Positions 42,834 to 51,549 of a stretch of 64,000 nt of DNA are shown here, piece by piece. The DNA comes from Roseiflexus sp. (GTDB lineage: Bacteria; Chloroflexota; Chloroflexia; Chloroflexales; Roseiflexaceae). Each line of letters begins with the position of its first letter. Within the stretch, counting starts at the first letter, position 1. The DNA is taken from assembly GCA_025062325.1 (NCBI GenBank), contig JANXAL010000127.1, positions 4,358 to 68,357 on the forward strand, written 5' to 3'. The translations under genes and the position numbers were made by a program. The notes beneath the pieces are model-generated. The model worked only from the letters and a program-made list of their open reading frames with translations, searched no databases and was not told the origin of the DNA.

Positions 42834-43253
42834 CTATGGCGGAAGAACCGAGTGGTCGAACCAGGCGCGCACTTCACGTCCGTTAATCGTTGCCACAACA
42901 GTAATGCGCCAATCGCCCTCCATGGAATAAATCGTGCGAACCTCATATTTGCCAGGACCGATCCGGTCGGCAATCGGTTGATGGACGCCCATTTCCATCT
43001 GCGGCATCGTGAAGTCAAAATAGACCAGCGTCGCCTCAACCGGGTGATCGGCAGCATCAGTAATCGTCGCGGTGAACGAATAGTCGCGCAGCGCCACCGG
43101 TTGCGCCGGTCGCTCGAGGGCAATCGTCAGACCATCAACTGTCCGTTCTTCGACAATAGTCGGCGATGCATTGCACGCACTGAAGATGATGCCAGCAATC
43201 ACGAACAGCAGTATGCGTGACAGCGTGCACCATCGAGCAAAATGCCTGAACAC
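42834..43253 (-). CDS. Small lipoprotein, FixH/YtkA-like Ig-fold family (tentative)
   Basis: Signal peptide plus lipobox (IFSACN), ~110-aa beta-rich mature part with EGDWRITVVAT-type C-terminus resembling YtkA/FixH-family proteins. Confidence 0.45.
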   Translation of the reverse strand: MFRHFARWCTLSRILLFVIAGIIFSACNASPTIVEERTVDGLTIALERPAQPVALRDYSFTATITDAADHPVEATLVYFDFTMPQMEMGVHQPIADRIGPGKYEVRTIYSMEGDWRITVVATINGREVRAWFDHSVLPP

Positions 43254-43320
43254 GCTCCCTCAACCTCAATTATCACGCGAAAGCGCAAAGGCGCAGAGAT
43301 TTTGCATCATACCAGACTCC

Positions 43321-43403
43321 GAGGGCAGGCACGGGGCCTGCCCCTCCATTCCGCTGTCTACCGAGCAGGCACAGGGGCCTGCCTCTCCATTCCGCTCCTG
43401 GCT
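43321..43403. repeat. Two tandem ~41-bp direct repeats each containing a GGCAGG...CCTGCC hairpin
   Basis: gagggcaggcacggggcctgcccctccattccgctgtctacc / gagcaggcacaggggcctgcctctccattccgctcctggct, immediately downstream of the flippase-like gene (minus strand). Confidence 0.6.
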
Positions 43404-43418
43404 CTCGGTTCTCAGATC

Positions 43419-44414
43419 TTAGTTCTTGGTTCTCTGTTGTATCTCCGCTATCGCCACCGAGGTCGTCTCACCCGGTGGGTAGCGCAGCGACACCAGAAAT
43501 CCGATCAGAATGTGCTGGATGTTGATCAGCAGAAAGAGCGCCGACAGGCTCAACGCAATCTCGGCGGGATATCCGTGGCGTTGCAGCATGGCGATCAACA
43601 CGGCATCGCGTACTCCGACGCCAGCGAAGCTGATCGGCAGCGCCTGAAGGATGGCGATCAACCCGGTGGCTGCCAGGATTTCGAGCACCGGAATATCACC
43701 CAGCCGCAGCGCCAGATACATCAGGTAGATGCGCACAAGGGTCGACGTCGCTGAACCAATGGTGCTTATCAGCAACAGCGTCAGCGGTGTGAGGCGCAAA
43801 CTGAGCGGCGCAAACTGGTCGCGCAGGCGCTCGAGCGCCGCACGCAGACGCCCGCGCAGCAGCGGCAACACCAGCCCCAGCGCCCACTCTCGCGGTGTGC
43901 GCGCCATCAACCCCGGCGTTGCGATCAGCACCGCAGCCGCAAAGCCGATGGTCGCCAGTTGCACGATGCCGCGCGCTTCGGCGGGAAACGCATCGATGAA
44001 CGCTGCCAGACTCAGCACTGCCATCACGCCCCAGATCACGAAATCGAACAGGCGGTCGAGCAACACGCTTAGCAGACCCGGCGCCAGCGGCACGCCGCGC
44101 TCGCGCAGATACCAGGCTTTGATGAAATCGCCCGATTGACCGGGCGTAATGCCGCCAGCGTACAGCCCAATCGTGTACAGCGCCGCCAGATAGCTCAGCG
44201 AAGGGGGCGTGTACCCCTGCTCACGCACAATGATGCTCCAGCGCCATGCCTTCACCCAGACAAACACCGGCATCAGCGCCAGCGAGAGCAGCGCAGGCGC
44301 CAGATCGATGCCGACGAGCGCGGCGCCAAGGGCGTTCAGATCGCTCCGCCAGAGGAAAAAAACAAGCAGCGCAGGACCGATCAGACGCAGCAGCCAGCGG
44401 AGAACAGGTTTCAC
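43419..44414 (-). CDS. Flippase-like domain membrane protein (LPG-synthase TM region / UPF0104 family)
   Basis: 8 TM helices, conserved GQSGDFIKAWYL motif. ATGA-coupled downstream of a GT2 glycosyltransferase. Confidence 0.65.
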   Translation of the reverse strand: MKPVLRWLLRLIGPALLVFFLWRSDLNALGAALVGIDLAPALLSLALMPVFVWVKAWRWSIIVREQGYTPPSLSYLAALYTIGLYAGGITPGQSGDFIKAWYLRERGVPLAPGLLSVLLDRLFDFVIWGVMAVLSLAAFIDAFPAEARGIVQLATIGFAAAVLIATPGLMARTPREWALGLVLPLLRGRLRAALERLRDQFAPLSLRLTPLTLLLISTIGSATSTLVRIYLMYLALRLGDIPVLEILAATGLIAILQALPISFAGVGVRDAVLIAMLQRHGYPAEIALSLSALFLLINIQHILIGFLVSLRYPPGETTSVAIAEIQQRTKN

Positions 44415-45433
44415 AGATCGCGCCGTTGAAAACGCAGTCCGGCAATCTGCTCAGCCAGCAGACCGAACATGAATACCACAATCGCGCCGACAAACAGGCC
44501 CACTGACGAGTTCGGCACGCGGAAACGCCCGACATCGGTGATAAAATAACTGATAGCGAACGACAGCAGGCTCAGGAAGAACATCGCCAGCGCCACCGGA
44601 AAGTAGACGCGCAGCGGCGCAAACATCGAGACCATCCGCAGCATGATCAGAATGTTGCGCACGCCGTTCTTGAACAACTTCTGGGTGCTGCGACCGCCCT
44701 GCCGCTTGTTCATCGCCACTGGCTCGAACCAGATATGGTAGCCCGCTTTTGCGAATGCCATTGCACTCGTCATGGGCCAGCCAAAGGTATTCGGCAGCAG
44801 GTGGAGAAACTCAAGCATTACCTCGCGTCGAAATGCGCGGAACCCTGAGGTCAGGTCTTTCATCGGGAAGCCGGAGAGATAGGTGCCCAGCGCATTCAGC
44901 ACGCTGTTACCGAACCAGCGCACCAGGTTCTCGTGGCTGTCGCGATCCGGGCGCGTGGCGATCACCATGTCGTACCGGTCGAGATGGCGCAACAGGCGCG
45001 GAATATCGGCAGGGTTGTGCTGCCCATCGGCGTCGATCACAATCACGACATCGCCGCTGGCAGCGCGGACGCCGGTGCGCACTCCGGCGCCGTTCCCGAC
45101 ATTGTGCGGACGACTGATAACCCGCGCTCCGGCGGCAGCCGCCTGATCCGCCGTATCATCGGTCGATGCATCGTCCACGACGATGATTTCGGCATCGGGA
45201 AGCTGCGCCCGTACCGCGCGCACCACGCCTCCCACCCGCGGTCCTTCGTTGAACGCCGGAATGACTACGCTGATGCTGAAGGGCCAGCGGTGCGGGACTT
45301 CAGGAACGATATCTGTATCAGCAATCGAGAGCGTCTCAGCAGTCATGGCTGTTGAAGGTGAGACGGTTTCAGGTTGAAGATTGAGCGCCGCCTGTTTCGG
45401 CGCCCTTCCAAAGAACCGACGGTCATATATCAT
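44411..45433 (-). CDS. GT2-family glycosyltransferase (polyprenol-phosphate sugar transferase, DPM1/ArnC-like) with two C-terminal TM helices
   Basis: VVIPAFNEGPRV...VVDDASTDDT...IVIDADGQH (DxD). C-terminal hydrophobic helices. Start may be the internal ATG (MTAETL...). Confidence 0.75.
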   Translation of the reverse strand: MIYDRRFFGRAPKQAALNLQPETVSPSTAMTAETLSIADTDIVPEVPHRWPFSISVVIPAFNEGPRVGGVVRAVRAQLPDAEIIVVDDASTDDTADQAAAAGARVISRPHNVGNGAGVRTGVRAASGDVVIVIDADGQHNPADIPRLLRHLDRYDMVIATRPDRDSHENLVRWFGNSVLNALGTYLSGFPMKDLTSGFRAFRREVMLEFLHLLPNTFGWPMTSAMAFAKAGYHIWFEPVAMNKRQGGRSTQKLFKNGVRNILIMLRMVSMFAPLRVYFPVALAMFFLSLLSFAISYFITDVGRFRVPNSSVGLFVGAIVVFMFGLLAEQIAGLRFQRRDL

Positions 45434-45547
45434 TGTGAGCGAAGCGAAGCAATCCTTCCATCCCCTGCCCTTGCCAGCATTTCAAATAAACTCACGCAAA
45501 GGCCCAAAGGCACGAAGATTTCACATATGAGGAGCATCCCATTACAT

Positions 45548-46165
45548 CTAGCCTCTCTCTGCTTCCCGTTCGACAAACGCCAGCAGGTCGTCGTAGCCGT
45601 GCAGCACCGGGAAGTGCGGGAAATCGGCGACGACATTTTGCGGCGGCTCGAACAGTGCGCCGACATCTGCGGCGGTAAGCATTCCCACATCATTGTACGA
45701 GTCGCCGATCGCCAGCACCCGGAAGCGGAGTTCGCGCAGCGCGCGCACCGCAGCCGTCTTGCTGTCTGGCAGACGCAGGCGGTAGTTGGTGATCATCCCG
45801 TGCGCATCGACCTCGAGTGAATGGCAGAAGAGGGTGGGCCAGCCAAGTTTTGCCATCAACGGCATTGCAAACTCATAGTACGTGTCGGACAGAATAATCA
45901 CCTGCACCCGCGCCCGCAGCCGCGCCAGCGCCTCAACCGCGCCGGGCAGCGGGTCGATGGCGCTGATGACGCGTTGAATATCCGCCAGGGTCAGGCGATG
46001 CTCGCGCAGCAACGCCAGCCGTCCGCGCATCAGTTCGTCATAGTCAGGAACGTCGCGCGTTGTCAACCGCAGCCGCTCGATGCCGGTGCGCTCGGCGACT
46101 GCGACCCAGATCTCGGGAACCAGCACGCCCTCCAGGTCGGTGGCGAGAATTGTCGGTTGCGTCAT
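45548..46165 (-). CDS. HAD-family phosphoserine phosphatase, ThrH-like
   Basis: [11 protein letters not shown]...ILSDTFYEF-type motifs and overall length (205 aa) closely resemble Pseudomonas ThrH. Confidence 0.7.
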   Translation of the reverse strand: MTQPTILATDLEGVLVPEIWVAVAERTGIERLRLTTRDVPDYDELMRGRLALLREHRLTLADIQRVISAIDPLPGAVEALARLRARVQVIILSDTYYEFAMPLMAKLGWPTLFCHSLEVDAHGMITNYRLRLPDSKTAAVRALRELRFRVLAIGDSYNDVGMLTAADVGALFEPPQNVVADFPHFPVLHGYDDLLAFVEREAERG

Positions 46166-46396
46166 AACCCCTCGTGATAATCAGGACACGAGGATTGTAC
46201 CATGACCTGTGGGGGTTGGTGTTGGGGCATTCTGACGCAAAGGTTGTTGTACTGACCGCCAGACTTTACGCCTCTGCGTCTTCACATCTCAAGCAGTGTT
46301 GAGGGATGCGGTCAACGGCAGCGAGGAGCGCGGTGATAGTCAGATGTTTTGAATGCTTTGAATGAAAATGCTCCTGGTTGAAGAGACGGTAACAAC

Positions 46397-47824
46397 TCAG
46401 GAGAATGCTGCCGCTACTAAAACAGCAATAGTGATCAAAGCGAGCGAAAAGCTGCCAATAGCAATATAGAAGTTTCTAACAGCAGCGGCATCAGTAGCGG
46501 CAAGACGCGCCTGTAATACCTCCTGCTGCTGTTGAAGCTTGCTCAGTTCATCACCTGCCCGATCAATTTGCGCATACAGGGGTTCGAGCGTCGGAGAGTC
46601 AGGACGCACACGATCAACCATCGGACCCAAATTACTGATTAACGGTGCCATACGCTGCGTAAGTTCCGCTATTTGCTTATTGTGTGTGCGGATTTCTTCC
46701 TGAAGCGCCGCTATTTGGCGATCAAGAGGAGTCAACGCCTCGCGCTGCTCAGACTGGAGATTGAGAATCTGTTTTTCAAGACGCTCAAGGTCATTTGCGA
46801 GCGACGTCTCATCAGCGCTCAATTGCGAGATCTCGGACTGCAATCGTGGCACATCATTGGCAATCTGCACCAGCGACCGCTCCAGCGCTGCAATCGCATT
46901 CGATAGAGAGGCAGTTTGGGTTCCTTGGTCTGACGTCAAAGATGACTGCTGTTGCGCCAGCTTGTCTCGTAACGTTTGTATCTCCGTTTGAGTTTTCTGC
47001 TGGTCAACCTGCAACTTGCTCAATCGCTTCTCCAATGCCGACTTATCGGCACGAATCTTTGTCAATCGTGCACTTGCATTAGTTCGTTCTTCTTGAAGCC
47101 GATTGATACGCGCTGCATACTCGGCATCTGTCTGAGTTCGTGTTTGTCGTGCATTTTGCAATCTCTGTTCACAACTCCTCATTTGCTCCTGTAGAGCGGT
47201 GCGCTTCTGCTCTAAATCTTCCAGTTCGCCATATAGTTCTGCATAATCGGGATGGACAACACGCAATTCCCATGCCTTAGCAACCAGCTCAGAGACAAGC
47301 TGACGTCTGGTATTCTCGGCTCGGTTTTTATCGGATCCCGTCTTAAGCAATTGAGCTTTCCATTTACCGGCAGAAAGACCCGCTTCACCCCATTTCCTCA
47401 ACCTGCCCGTAAAGGCTAGACTTAGTGCTGTTCCCAGCGTAACAACAGATAATACTCCAGCGCCAATCAAAGGGATCCAGTTTATAGGACTTCTAGGTAT
47501 AACTACAGCATATGGCAACTGGTAGGGATTTTCCCAAACAACAGTGCCATCATTAATTTGTCTGCCATTGCTCTCGAGCACCTTACCAGCGTGAAGCGTC
47601 AGGGTGAATTTTCGGAAACCAGTCAGGTACTCATGGAACTCGAACTTATATGCACTGATTCCGTTATGAACTATCTCTGTCCAGGAAAATCCATCCTTTC
47701 CTCTGTCTGTTATTTGAGCCCGGTAACTCACTTCATACTCTATAACATCGCTAAGCCTGTTGTCGACGCGCTTCCACGTTACATCAGTAAAACCTCGCTT
47801 CTTAGCATCTTCGATGTATTTCAT
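46397..47824 (-). CDS. Two-TM coiled-coil protein (N-terminal globular domain, ~300-aa coiled coil, C-terminal TM anchor) in low-GC island
   Basis: TM1 WIPLIGAGVLSVVTLGTALSLAF, heptad-rich region with L/Q/E/R repeats, C-terminal FYIAIGSFSLALITIAVLVAAAFS. Local GC ~40-45% versus ~63% in the flanks. Confidence 0.5.
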   Translation of the reverse strand: MKYIEDAKKRGFTDVTWKRVDNRLSDVIEYEVSYRAQITDRGKDGFSWTEIVHNGISAYKFEFHEYLTGFRKFTLTLHAGKVLESNGRQINDGTVVWENPYQLPYAVVIPRSPINWIPLIGAGVLSVVTLGTALSLAFTGRLRKWGEAGLSAGKWKAQLLKTGSDKNRAENTRRQLVSELVAKAWELRVVHPDYAELYGELEDLEQKRTALQEQMRSCEQRLQNARQTRTQTDAEYAARINRLQEERTNASARLTKIRADKSALEKRLSKLQVDQQKTQTEIQTLRDKLAQQQSSLTSDQGTQTASLSNAIAALERSLVQIANDVPRLQSEISQLSADETSLANDLERLEKQILNLQSEQREALTPLDRQIAALQEEIRTHNKQIAELTQRMAPLISNLGPMVDRVRPDSPTLEPLYAQIDRAGDELSKLQQQQEVLQARLAATDAAAVRNFYIAIGSFSLALITIAVLVAAAFS

Positions 47825-48032
47825 CCAGTCTACGCTCTAACTCATTAATACCTCCGAACAAAACTATATTTTCGCTTGGAAAGCTAAGAAGAAGGGTGGA
47901 TTCATAGGAATTGTCGGAATATATTGTCACATCGTACGTTGCGTCTGCACACGATGCCAATAAAACAGCGCTGAGCAAAGCGGCGAAAACAGCTCGCATA
48001 AAACGACGGAAGCTCAGCACCAATGAGAACAT
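47802..48032 (-). CDS. Small putative lipoprotein (76 aa)
   Basis: Signal peptide with lipobox (AALLSAVLLASCADA) in the low-GC island. Overlaps the start of the downstream coiled-coil gene by 23 nt. Confidence 0.3.
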   Translation of the reverse strand: MFSLVLSFRRFMRAVFAALLSAVLLASCADATYDVTIYSDNSYESTLLLSFPSENIVLFGGINELERRLDEIHRRC

Positions 48033-48389
48033 GATAATCCTCCTTCATCCGTGCTCATTGACGGAAAATCCAACGGAAGCCTGCTTCTGACACGCACTCT
48101 GAGTCTTTGGAGATAAGCGCACGACGCTCACGCACAGACTTGAGTGGACGACTGCCTTTATGGGCTAATTATTGACTGTCTTGGTTACATCGATAACATA
48201 TCACAGGATTGGCTGATGTGTCAATCATTCGGCGGTGAGCCGCGCAATCGGCTTCACTAGACCCAACCCACACTATATGCGCCAAAGATGCTATCGCTGC
48301 TAAGCCGACCGTGATTGCCATCTCCCGAAAGCTGGCAATACTGAGGAACACGTTGTTAGCCGCTTCCTCAATAAGCGCACGAGCACGAG

Positions 48390-48800
48390 GGGGGCGGGCG
48401 GCTCTCAGGTGGAGGCTTTTAGGGCGCGAAGCAGGTTTGCCGCATCTTGACACCCTTTTTCCTTCGTCCCCCTTGCCCCCTTCTCCCAACCTCACACGTG
48501 TAGATTTTTTCCGGCAAGCCCTCACGTTGCATTGCCCGTTTCAGGCATCAGGACGCCCTACCTCCCCCTTCTCCCACAAGGGGAGAAGGGGACAGGGGGG
48601 ATGAGGGGCAAAAGGCGTCAGGACGCGGCAAACTCGTTTCGCATTCCAAAAAGCCTCCGCTTGAGAGCTTCTCCCACCCCCCTTCGCCCCCCGCACGCCA
48701 GGGGTTGGCGATAACCTCAGTGCGCACCTCGACGCTGAGGATCTTCGCCCCCCGCACGCGGGGGGGTTGGCGTGAGAGGGGGGGGGAGCGGAGGCGTTCC
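48390..48800. repeat. Cluster of hairpin repeat units (same family as 41.5-42.5 kb)
   Basis: cccccttctcccacaaggggagaaggggacaggggggatgaggggcaaaaggcgtcaggacgcggcaaac; gccccccgcacgc(c/g)aggggttggcg palindromes x2; tctacacttgagag-like modules. Confidence 0.75.
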
Positions 48801-49218
48801 GATGCCTGACATCAGCGATGCAACCAAAAGGTTTGCGAAAACATCGACACCTGTGAGGGTACGGGTGGTCCTCGATGAACCAGATGAAACTACGGGCGTC
48901 GAGCAGGAGATTCGTGCCATATAGTCCCGAAAGCTTTCAAGCGGTGCATCAAAGTCATCTGCCGTATGGATCATGCCCCGGCGCTTTTGGGACGGCGCGG
49001 CTTCCTAGCATGTCTGACCGGCGCCAGACGAACGGTCTGATGGTCATTGGCGGCAATCAAGATGATTTCGGCCAGCAGCGCAGCATCGATCAAGTCGGGT
49101 AGACGCCCGGTTGCTTCTTCCATCTTTGATTGCGTCTGTTGGATAGGCCGTGATCAAGAAGCTATCGCCGTTCAATCGCCCACCCCTACCACCGCACCCC
49201 TCGCAAGTGCAGATTTTT

Positions 49219-51549
49219 TTAGCAAGCTCTTCTGTTACATCGCCCATTTTGATCACGAGGATGCGCAAACTCCCCTTCTTCCCTTGTGGGAGAAGGGGGC
49301 AGGGGGGATGAGGGGAAAACAGGCGTCGGGATGCCGAAAACGCCCCTCGCGCCTGAAAACTCTACCTGCGAGAGCCGTCGCACCTGCACGCGCGCCAGGC
49401 GCAGGCTCAGGGCGCGTGCATCGTCGCTTGCCGGGTTGAGCAGTGCGGGAACAAAGGTCGGCGCGCGCAGGTTAATCACGAGCCGCCGCTCCGCCACGCT
49501 CCCCGCCGGCGCCAGCAGGTGGTAGCGGCGCCATTGCCCGCGCGCAACGCTTATCGTCCACGCTGGTCCGTTCCCGATGCGCACGGTCAGCGGCGTAGTT
49601 GCGTCGGCTTCGCCGCCGGTCATCGACAGGACGATGACGGCATCATTGCGCAGCGGTTCCGCCAGCGGCAAGACGATCACCCCCTGCCCTTCGAGCCAGC
49701 GAAAGCCGCCGGTCGCGCCATCTTCGGCGGGTGAGAATCCGGCAAGGTAGCCCATGTCGAGACCATTCCCCACTGATAGCGTGTCTACCGGCGGCGGGTG
49801 CAGCCACGCCAGCGCCCAGCGTTGAATATCTTCGCCCGCAATGGTTTCGATGTAGGTCAGCAGAGTCGCCGCCTGCGCCGTGTCGCCAGTGTCGCGCAAC
49901 AATGCGCCGAACACCAGTTCGGCGTGGCGTGAACTGTTGCGCTGGATCTGCGCCAGCGCCTCGTCGTGGCGCTGCTGCGCCGCCAGCGCCAGCGCCAGAT
50001 GCACCTGTGCATCGACGAAACGCGGCTGCGCTTCGAGCGCGGCGCGAAATGCCCGTTCAGCAGCGGGATAGTCGCCTGCCTGATACGCCGACAGACCGGC
50101 GATCATGGCGCGTTCGCGCGCGATGCCGCTGCTGATGATCACCGGGTAGTCGCGGTAAGTGAGCAGCAGCGCGAAGAATGTCGCCACCGCTGCCGCCTGA
50201 AACGCCAGATGCGGCAGCGCGCGTGCGCCATTCCAGCGCGCCGCCGCCATCCCCGCGCCGTACAGCGCGATCATCACCCAGAGCGGCAGCAGGTAGCGCG
50301 GTTCGACATGGAAGATGAGCACGGTTAGCAGCGAGTAGCCGATCCACGCCAGGAACAACAGGCGGAAATGAATCCCTTCGCGTGCGCGCCCTGCAAGTCC
50401 GGCGATCCCCGCGGTCGTCGATCCCAGCCAGATCAGATCGCCCGCCAGACCCAGCAGCGCCGCTTCGCGCAGCGGTCGGGTGAAGAAACTCTGCTTGACG
50501 AAGTAATCCTCGATGAACTGCGCTTTCCAGATGTGACGGAAGGTGTCCCACATCGAGCGAAACGGGCGCAGCGGATCGGCAGCCAGGATCTCACGCGCAC
50601 GTTCGAGGGCGTAGATATGGCGCTCCGACTGTGGCATGCGCCGCAGCGTTTCGATGTTTTCGTTCCGCCGCGCCACATCGTCGAGATCGAGCCATAGATT
50701 GATCTGCCCCAGGGTATCGACCGGAATGAGGTGGCCATACGTCAGATAGTTGCGCGCCGTCCACGGCGCGACAATCGCCAGACATGCCGCCATCACGACA
50801 ATCGCTGGCGTGATCGCCGTCCTCGCCGCTTCCCAACGCGATGCAGCGCTGGATCGCGCTGCTGTCAGGGCGCGCACGACCAGCCACCCCACGACGAACA
50901 CGCTCGCATACAGCGCTGGCGAGCGCGTCAGCGCCGCCGCGCCGAGCGCCACCCCCGCCAGCGCCAGATCGCGCAGCCGCCCTCCCTGGTCGTAGCGCAC
51001 CAGCAACCACAGATGGATCAGAAACAGAAACAGGTACAGGTGCTCGCTGAACAACACGGTCGTCTGCTCGACCAGCGGATGCCAGAGCGCCAGGAACCCG
51101 GCGAACAGCAGCCCGGCGCGCGCGCTGCCGAACAACCGCCGCGCCAGATCGAACCCGATCAGCGGCATCAGCGCCGCCAGCGCCGTCTGCGCCAGTTGCA
51201 CGAACAGCAGTCCGAGTTGGGGAACGCCGAGAATCAGCGCCAGCCGCAGCCAGAGCGCAAAAAAGAAGACGTGGAGCGGCGGACGGATGAGCCAGGCGTC
51301 ATCGACATACGCACCGGTTACGGCAAACCGCAGCGCCCGCCGGTAGTAGTCGCCGTCGTCGGCATTGGAGTAGCGCGGATCGAGCGGACTGACGCTGATG
51401 AACCAGAGGCGTAGCGCGACGCCTGCCAGGACCAGCAGCGCCAGCAACACAGATGTGATCGCAACCGGGGACGCGCGCGCTTCGGACACAACGGGCGCCA
51501 TCCAGCGGCGCGGATTGAAACGGTGTGCCTGCGGTTGCGTTCCGCTCAC
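49219..51549 (-). CDS. Polytopic membrane protein, putative GT-C-fold (ArnT/PMT-like) glycosyltransferase with C-terminal TPR region; 3' end recoded by a hairpin repeat
   Basis: >10 TM helices, periplasmic-loop acidic motif (NADDGDYY), TPR-like C-terminal part (AGDYPAAERAFRAALEAQP...). The last ~35 codons (GIPTPVFPSSPLPPSPTREEGEFAHP...) lie within the 49230-49345 repeat copy. Confidence 0.45.
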   Translation of the reverse strand: MSGTQPQAHRFNPRRWMAPVVSEARASPVAITSVLLALLVLAGVALRLWFISVSPLDPRYSNADDGDYYRRALRFAVTGAYVDDAWLIRPPLHVFFFALWLRLALILGVPQLGLLFVQLAQTALAALMPLIGFDLARRLFGSARAGLLFAGFLALWHPLVEQTTVLFSEHLYLFLFLIHLWLLVRYDQGGRLRDLALAGVALGAAALTRSPALYASVFVVGWLVVRALTAARSSAASRWEAARTAITPAIVVMAACLAIVAPWTARNYLTYGHLIPVDTLGQINLWLDLDDVARRNENIETLRRMPQSERHIYALERAREILAADPLRPFRSMWDTFRHIWKAQFIEDYFVKQSFFTRPLREAALLGLAGDLIWLGSTTAGIAGLAGRAREGIHFRLLFLAWIGYSLLTVLIFHVEPRYLLPLWVMIALYGAGMAAARWNGARALPHLAFQAAAVATFFALLLTYRDYPVIISSGIARERAMIAGLSAYQAGDYPAAERAFRAALEAQPRFVDAQVHLALALAAQQRHDEALAQIQRNSSRHAELVFGALLRDTGDTAQAATLLTYIETIAGEDIQRWALAWLHPPPVDTLSVGNGLDMGYLAGFSPAEDGATGGFRWLEGQGVIVLPLAEPLRNDAVIVLSMTGGEADATTPLTVRIGNGPAWTISVARGQWRRYHLLAPAGSVAERRLVINLRAPTFVPALLNPASDDARALSLRLARVQVRRLSQVEFSGARGVFGIPTPVFPSSPLPPSPTREEGEFAHPRDQNGRCNRRAC
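49230..49345. repeat. Hairpin repeat unit overlapping the 3' end of the upstream membrane-protein ORF
   Basis: ccccttcttcccttgtgggagaagggggcaggggggatgaggggaaaacaggcgtcgggatgccgaaaac, same family as the other clusters. Confidence 0.7.
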
